Shown here: positions 59,528 to 64,000 of the stretch, one piece after another | Layout: each line of letters begins with the position of its first letter | Numbering within the stretch: position 1 is the stretch's first letter | Source: an uncultured Candidatus Saccharibacteria bacterium | Lineage (GTDB): Bacteria > Patescibacteriota > Doudnabacteria > UBA920 | DNA: 64,000 bases | Direction: 5' to 3' | NCBI GenBank assembly: GCA_964521955.1 | Contig: CAZFTX010000003.1 | Location: 1,517 to 65,516 of the forward strand | Notes under the pieces: model-generated | Databases searched by the model: none | Told to the model about the DNA's origin: nothing | The model's input: the letters and a program-made list of their open reading frames with translations, nothing else | Program-made: the position numbers and the translations under genes

Positions 59528-60484
59528 TCAAATTTTGGTTTCAGATATTTTGTGCCTTTTTGAAAGCCTCCTTAAGAATACAAAAGCACATAAACCCAAC
59601 AAAGTTATTAAACCTATTATATACCAAAATTGTTTTTTTTGGTACCAATTTGGCCCTATTTCTAATATATTATGCGAAATATTAAAATTTCCCGACTTAT
59701 CGGTGGCTTTAACATAAACATAACTTTTACCTGTCTGGTTTTTTAAAACATAAGGACTTTTTGCCCTTTCCCAGGAAACACCCTCAAAATTTGAAAGTTC
59801 TTTGTTTGACTCAAAAACTTCGTAAAAAGCTATACCTGTGCCTTTGTCCTGAGCGGAAAAAACCGCAAAAAGCTTGTTATCATACAAACCCTCATACTTT
59901 GAAATTTCGACGTAAAAATCTTCTGGCTTTTCTGAATCTGAAACAACGGCGTAAATCGCATCCAAACTTGAAGTAGCGTTTAAGGAAATATTTATATTTT
60001 CCTTTGCTTCTAAAACTGTAACCTTAGATCCACTCCCGTCAGCTAAAAAACCAATTGTAGACTCGCTATTAATACTCCCTTGATTCAAGCTTGTACCCTC
60101 AAAAATTATAGAAAAAAGGTAGCCACGTCCTAAAAAACCACCAGGTAAAATACCTGAATAGCTGATTCTCCCATTTTCATTTACAGACTCAGGGTTTGGT
60201 TTTTCCACCCATAGGCTTACAACTGAATTTGCGTCTACTATATCTACAACTTTAAAAGCTTCTTTAGAAAAAACCACACTGCCTTCAAGCGCGTTAATCG
60301 GTTCAGTTACTTCGTTTAAAAAAACTTTAGCTTCAAACTGCTGTCCAACTGAATACTCCTTAGCAGGTATAGAAAAATTTAAAGCAGCAGCAAAAACCAG
60401 TTTTGGAAATAAACAGTAAACGGTAAACAGTAAATAAAAAACTAAAAGAAATAAGGTTTTATGTTTTATATTATTTATTTTCAT
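59528..60484 (-). CDS. Cohesin-domain protein with C-terminal TM anchor
   Basis: VGQQFEAKVFLN..INALEGSVVF..YSGILPGGF..LFSIIF; C-terminal TM followed by a basic tail. Confidence 0.75.
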   Translation of the reverse strand: MKINNIKHKTLFLLVFYLLFTVYCLFPKLVFAAALNFSIPAKEYSVGQQFEAKVFLNEVTEPINALEGSVVFSKEAFKVVDIVDANSVVSLWVEKPNPESVNENGRISYSGILPGGFLGRGYLFSIIFEGTSLNQGSINSESTIGFLADGSGSKVTVLEAKENINISLNATSSLDAIYAVVSDSEKPEDFYVEISKYEGLYDNKLFAVFSAQDKGTGIAFYEVFESNKELSNFEGVSWERAKSPYVLKNQTGKSYVYVKATDKSGNFNISHNILEIGPNWYQKKQFWYIIGLITLLGLCAFVFLRRLSKRHKISETKI

Positions 60485-60544
60485 ACTTTATTTTTAGAAC
60501 TAATCCCTAAATCTCTTACTCTACCAAAAAACCCCCTTTTAGAG

Positions 60545-61834
60545 CTATCCTGTCCAATAATAAGCTAGGATTGAAAAATCAATTAAATCCGCCTGACCAT
60601 CACTGTTTAAGTCAATCTCTTTAGGAACAGGAGTCTTTTTGAACCAAAATGCTAGGATTGAAAAATCAATTAAATTTACTCGACAATCATTGTTAAAATC
60701 CGCTCTTTGCGGACATTGACCAATTTCTGGTGTCGGTACATTTTCAGTACCAACCAAAAAAGAAAGTTTGTGGCTAAAAATACTAGCCAGGCTCCCTAAA
60801 ATAGTTTTTACCTGAATAAAATATTTCCCTAAAGGCGTGGCTGTTGTTGAAAGTTCCAAAACATACTCACCTAAACTATTACTCTTGGTAGTTAACTGTT
60901 CTGAAACACTCCCTGAAATATTTACTGCCAAATCCGCATTTGGAGCCGAAAAACCCGAAAGCTTCAAAACGTCCCCTTTTTTTACTTCAGTTTTATCTAA
61001 ATAAACCGTAGGTGGGAGTATCAAATCTTTTACATTAGTTGTACCAGAATTTACATTTACCAAAACAGTTAAAAAGTTAGACCGCAACCCTTTAACATCT
61101 TGAGCATAAAGCGCAAAAGAAAAACTTCCTGAACTATTCACTGCTGTATTTATTGAAAAAATTCCTTCAGAATCAGCTATTACTTCACTTTGTAGTTGGC
61201 TGTCTTTAAGCAAAAAAACTTTAGCATTTGGGTAAGCCAAGCCACTAAAAACTATTGGATAAGAACCTCCACCACCTCCTCCTCCGCCGCCTCCGCTGGG
61301 AACAACGCTACCGGTTGGGGTAGAGGAAGTTTGGTTTGAAAAAACTAAAAACAAACCTCCTGTCGTTTTTGCCTTAACTTTAAAATAGTAAAGTGTACCA
61401 TTACTAAGTCCGATTTTAACAAAAGAGGTAACATTCCCAACATTTTCGTACACCAAAACTCCAGGACTTGTTCCAACCCCAACTTCATAACCACCCACTT
61501 GAACTCCTAAAAAAGTCTGAGGCACACTCCAAGAAAGGGAAACTTGGCCGTTTCCTGCAGTAGCAGCTAAAGTATTAGTGTTCGCTGTAAAAAAATACTG
61601 AAAACCACTCCACAACTGAAAACTGGTAGAAGTAGACTTGCCTATTGCGGTTTGCGAAACTGACTGACCTAAATTAAAACTAGAAGAAGTGGAAGACTGT
61701 TGCCCTGAGTCTAACACCGGGTCTTTAACTATAAAATCTGTGCCGGAATAATCTGTGGCATTAGAACTTTGCACCACAGAAAAAAACAAAAAAAGTATTA
61801 ATAAAATTAAAGTTTTTATTTTCAAATTCTTCAT
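60545..61834 (-). CDS. Secreted Fn3/Ig-like protein with C-terminal dockerin-like domain
   Basis: Fn3 (GNGQVSLSW..GLSNGTLYYFKV) and duplicated Ca-loop DFNNDCRVNLIDFSIL / DLNSDGQADLIDFSIL. Confidence 0.8.
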   Translation of the reverse strand: MKNLKIKTLILLILFLFFSVVQSSNATDYSGTDFIVKDPVLDSGQQSSTSSSFNLGQSVSQTAIGKSTSTSFQLWSGFQYFFTANTNTLAATAGNGQVSLSWSVPQTFLGVQVGGYEVGVGTSPGVLVYENVGNVTSFVKIGLSNGTLYYFKVKAKTTGGLFLVFSNQTSSTPTGSVVPSGGGGGGGGGGSYPIVFSGLAYPNAKVFLLKDSQLQSEVIADSEGIFSINTAVNSSGSFSFALYAQDVKGLRSNFLTVLVNVNSGTTNVKDLILPPTVYLDKTEVKKGDVLKLSGFSAPNADLAVNISGSVSEQLTTKSNSLGEYVLELSTTATPLGKYFIQVKTILGSLASIFSHKLSFLVGTENVPTPEIGQCPQRADFNNDCRVNLIDFSILAFWFKKTPVPKEIDLNSDGQADLIDFSILAYYWTG

Positions 61835-61873
61835 GGACTGTACTTAATTATACCATATTTAGTTGTTAAAAAT

Positions 61874-61909
61874 AAAAAGCGGTCTCGCTTATAAATAAGA
61901 CCGCTTTTT
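61874..61909 (-). terminator. Intrinsic terminator
   Basis: AAAAAGCGGTCT-N12-AGACCGCTTTTT. Confidence 0.75.
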
Positions 61910-61923
61910 TAAAAAAATTAATT

Positions 61924-64000
61924 TTATGGTGCAGCTTCGCCTCCACCTCCGCCTCCGCCGCCTCCACCCTGTGCTCCTCCACCTCCGTCGCCAGCACCAG
62001 GATCATCCGGGGGTGGTGGGGGTGGTGGGGGTGGTGGGGCACCTCCACCTCCGGAAGGACCTCCGCCTCCGTCTTCCCCGTCAGGATCGTCAGGTGGAGC
62101 AACTGGACCTCCAGCATTACCTCCGCCGCCGCCAATCATGATAAATCTCCAACATGGTCCGTTATTACCAAAGTTTAAAACTGAAGGAGTTAGGCTAATA
62201 TCTTGGACACCTACCACACAACCGGAGTCTCTTACTGTAGCAAAGTTAACCAAAGAAGTACCTCCATAATACAAAAACCATTTAGTCTCAGGGGAACTGC
62301 TTCGTAAATTTACCGGTCCCCCATCACGGCCTTCTGCCCTAAAGTTATTTTCAACAAAAACGTTTTCACCCCCTGTAAAATGCACAAAAGCTGTAGGTTT
62401 TAAAATTCTTAAGTTGTAAAAAGATTTTCCTGTCGAAGTTGAAGTCATACCACCAACAAACGAAGGTCCATTTAAAGGATCTATTTCTACTGTTCCGTTG
62501 TTATGTCTGTAAGTAGAAGCATTGTTCCAATCCCCTCTCACTCTTAAAAGTCCACTTGTGGAAGTAGCCACTCCGCCTGAAATTGTAAAATTACCGTTAA
62601 ACCATAAATCAGAACTACCTCCGTCAAAAGTTCCGTCAGACTGAACAAAGTGTTCACCTAACACCTGGCCACCAGGGGAAAACTTAGAACTAGCCGAAGG
62701 CAGTCTTAGTACATTTGAAGTCCAAGTTAAACTCAAATTTCCCCCGTTTGAAGTAAAGCCAATGTCAGTATCACTGCAAGCGCTACCGGAGTCGTTGTCA
62801 CACGCAGACAAAGAAGCGTTAGTTAAGGTAGAAGAATTTTTACTGTCAATAATTACCCGATTTTTATACAAAGACAATCCAGTACAGTTTCCACCACTAC
62901 ACCCAGTTCCATAATCAAAAACTAAAGTTGCTTGGTCGCTACCATTTGTATCTAACCAAATAGTCAAAACATTTCCATTGGAAGGAGTAGAAACCGCTGT
63001 AAAGCTAAAAGTTCCGTTGCCTGCAGCTGTTGCGGAATAAGAAGTAGAAGCGCCAACAGCCAGTTTCATTGAAGGAGTCGAAGCTAAAGGTGTAGACTCA
63101 TCAACCCCATAAACCGTTCCCGAAACCGTAACACCAGAAGGAGTTAAGTCTACCCACGACAAACTTACCATCGCAAAATCCCACTGTGAGTTATTGTTTA
63201 CAGCAGCGTTACCGTTAGTAGAAGTCCTAATACGCAAATTCATTCTATTTCCAACTGTGTCAATATAGTCTTCAGGGTTGTTTAAAAGCCCATAAGTTCC
63301 TATAGCCAAAGCCGTAATAGAGTCACTAGTTGTCGAAGCTGCGGTTGCGGAAACCGATCCGGCAGTTACCCAGCCTCCAACCTGAGTAGCGTTATAACCT
63401 GCATAATCTTTAAGTGACGGTGTTACCAACATGTCCGCATTTGTACTGTTAATACCGCTGTCATAGTGCATGGCAAAATGTACTGCAGCCGGCATAGCGT
63501 TAGTTGGCATAGTTACCCCAAAACCAACATTCATGGAAACACCTTCATCAACAGTAGCATTTTGAACCACGTCACCTGCATAAAAGGCATTCGCATCCCC
63601 CGTTCCCATAGCCGTACTCTTGTCCTCAGCGACTACCCTAAACAAACTATGGGGAGAAGAAGTTGCGGTTCTGTCTAAATCTCTCGTATTAGTACAGTCA
63701 GTGGCCGTACCTGTGCCAAAAGTAATTTCACATAAACCCGAGTCTGTGTTAGTTGTACCCACAATTGCATAAATAAAGTCTATCCTAACCCTATGAGTGC
63801 CATTTGCCAAAGTTCTCCAGCCAATTCTCATTTCGCCACCGGAAGCCCCCGTAGACAAATAGTCGTTTATGTTCACATTGTTTTTTGCCCAGGCCTGGGT
63901 TGCGTCTGTGGTACTACAAGCTATACTGGCAATACTTAAGTCTTCCCACGTAGAAGAAGCAAACTTATATATTTTCGGCCGATGGTTATTACCCGTGGCA
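61924..64000 (-). CDS. 3' part of a large Ser/Thr/Gly-rich surface protein with a Gly/Pro-rich C-terminal tail (starts beyond the window)
   Basis: The frame stays open from 63876 to the window edge (ATGNNHRPKIYKF...). Beta-rich repeats, paired Cys residues, and a P10 and poly-G tail. Confidence 0.75.
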   Translation of the reverse strand, partial: ATGNNHRPKIYKFASSTWEDLSIASIACSTTDATQAWAKNNVNINDYLSTGASGGEMRIGWRTLANGTHRVRIDFIYAIVGTTNTDSGLCEITFGTGTATDCTNTRDLDRTATSSPHSLFRVVAEDKSTAMGTGDANAFYAGDVVQNATVDEGVSMNVGFGVTMPTNAMPAAVHFAMHYDSGINSTNADMLVTPSLKDYAGYNATQVGGWVTAGSVSATAASTTSDSITALAIGTYGLLNNPEDYIDTVGNRMNLRIRTSTNGNAAVNNNSQWDFAMVSLSWVDLTPSGVTVSGTVYGVDESTPLASTPSMKLAVGASTSYSATAAGNGTFSFTAVSTPSNGNVLTIWLDTNGSDQATLVFDYGTGCSGGNCTGLSLYKNRVIIDSKNSSTLTNASLSACDNDSGSACSDTDIGFTSNGGNLSLTWTSNVLRLPSASSKFSPGGQVLGEHFVQSDGTFDGGSSDLWFNGNFTISGGVATSTSGLLRVRGDWNNASTYRHNNGTVEIDPLNGPSFVGGMTSTSTGKSFYNLRILKPTAFVHFTGGENVFVENNFRAEGRDGGPVNLRSSSPETKWFLYYGGTSLVNFATVRDSGCVVGVQDISLTPSVLNFGNNGPCWRFIMIGGGGGNAGGPVAPPDDPDGEDGGGGPSGGGGAPPPPPPPPPPDDPGAGDGGGGAQGGGGGGGGGGEAAP

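Noticed and set aside
61866-62141. Alternative-frame ORFs over the Gly/Pro tail
   Set aside because: Artefacts of stop-poor GC-rich low-complexity sequence.

Overview
AT-rich bacterial chromosome segment read in code 11. Gene content and style suggest Patescibacteria/CPR, possibly Parcubacteria/Doudnabacteria-like; this is inference only. Almost all genes are on the minus strand. From left to right: type IV pilus genes (pilN fragment, pilM, pilC, pilB); a ~34 kb surface-glycan cluster (initiating sugar transferase, many glycosyltransferases, a Wzx flippase, UDP-xylose, CDP-3,6-dideoxyhexose/branched-sugar and GDP-fucose/colitose-type pathways, carbamoyl- and methyltransferases); two O-antigen-ligase/TPR paralogues; an S-layer-like protein with a ~520 nt leader; tRNA-Pro(TGG); a pentose-phosphate/gluconeogenesis operon (tal, LOG family, DUF2090 aldolase, glpX, tkt); metK under a compact SAM-I-type riboswitch; and cohesin/dockerin surface proteins. 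Five signals stand out. (1) Three self-contained, GC-richer single-gene cassettes, each with promoter, RBS, ORF and GC hairpin, sit inside the glycan cluster; one is flanked by a 68-bp duplication of the 5' end of its host gene. (2) A four-helix-bundle gene is bracketed by inverted TGTTTAC heptamer arrays, and gene-less copies of the array lie in frame in neighbouring genes. (3) tRNA-Pro is flanked by 5', 3' and inverted partial copies of itself. (4) A BldC/Xis-like HTH gene has a 10-bp-period operator and heads the gmd operon. (5) A REP-like palindrome is translated inside glpX. No CRISPR array, integrase, transposase or reverse transcriptase was seen. GC statements are visual estimates, not computed values.
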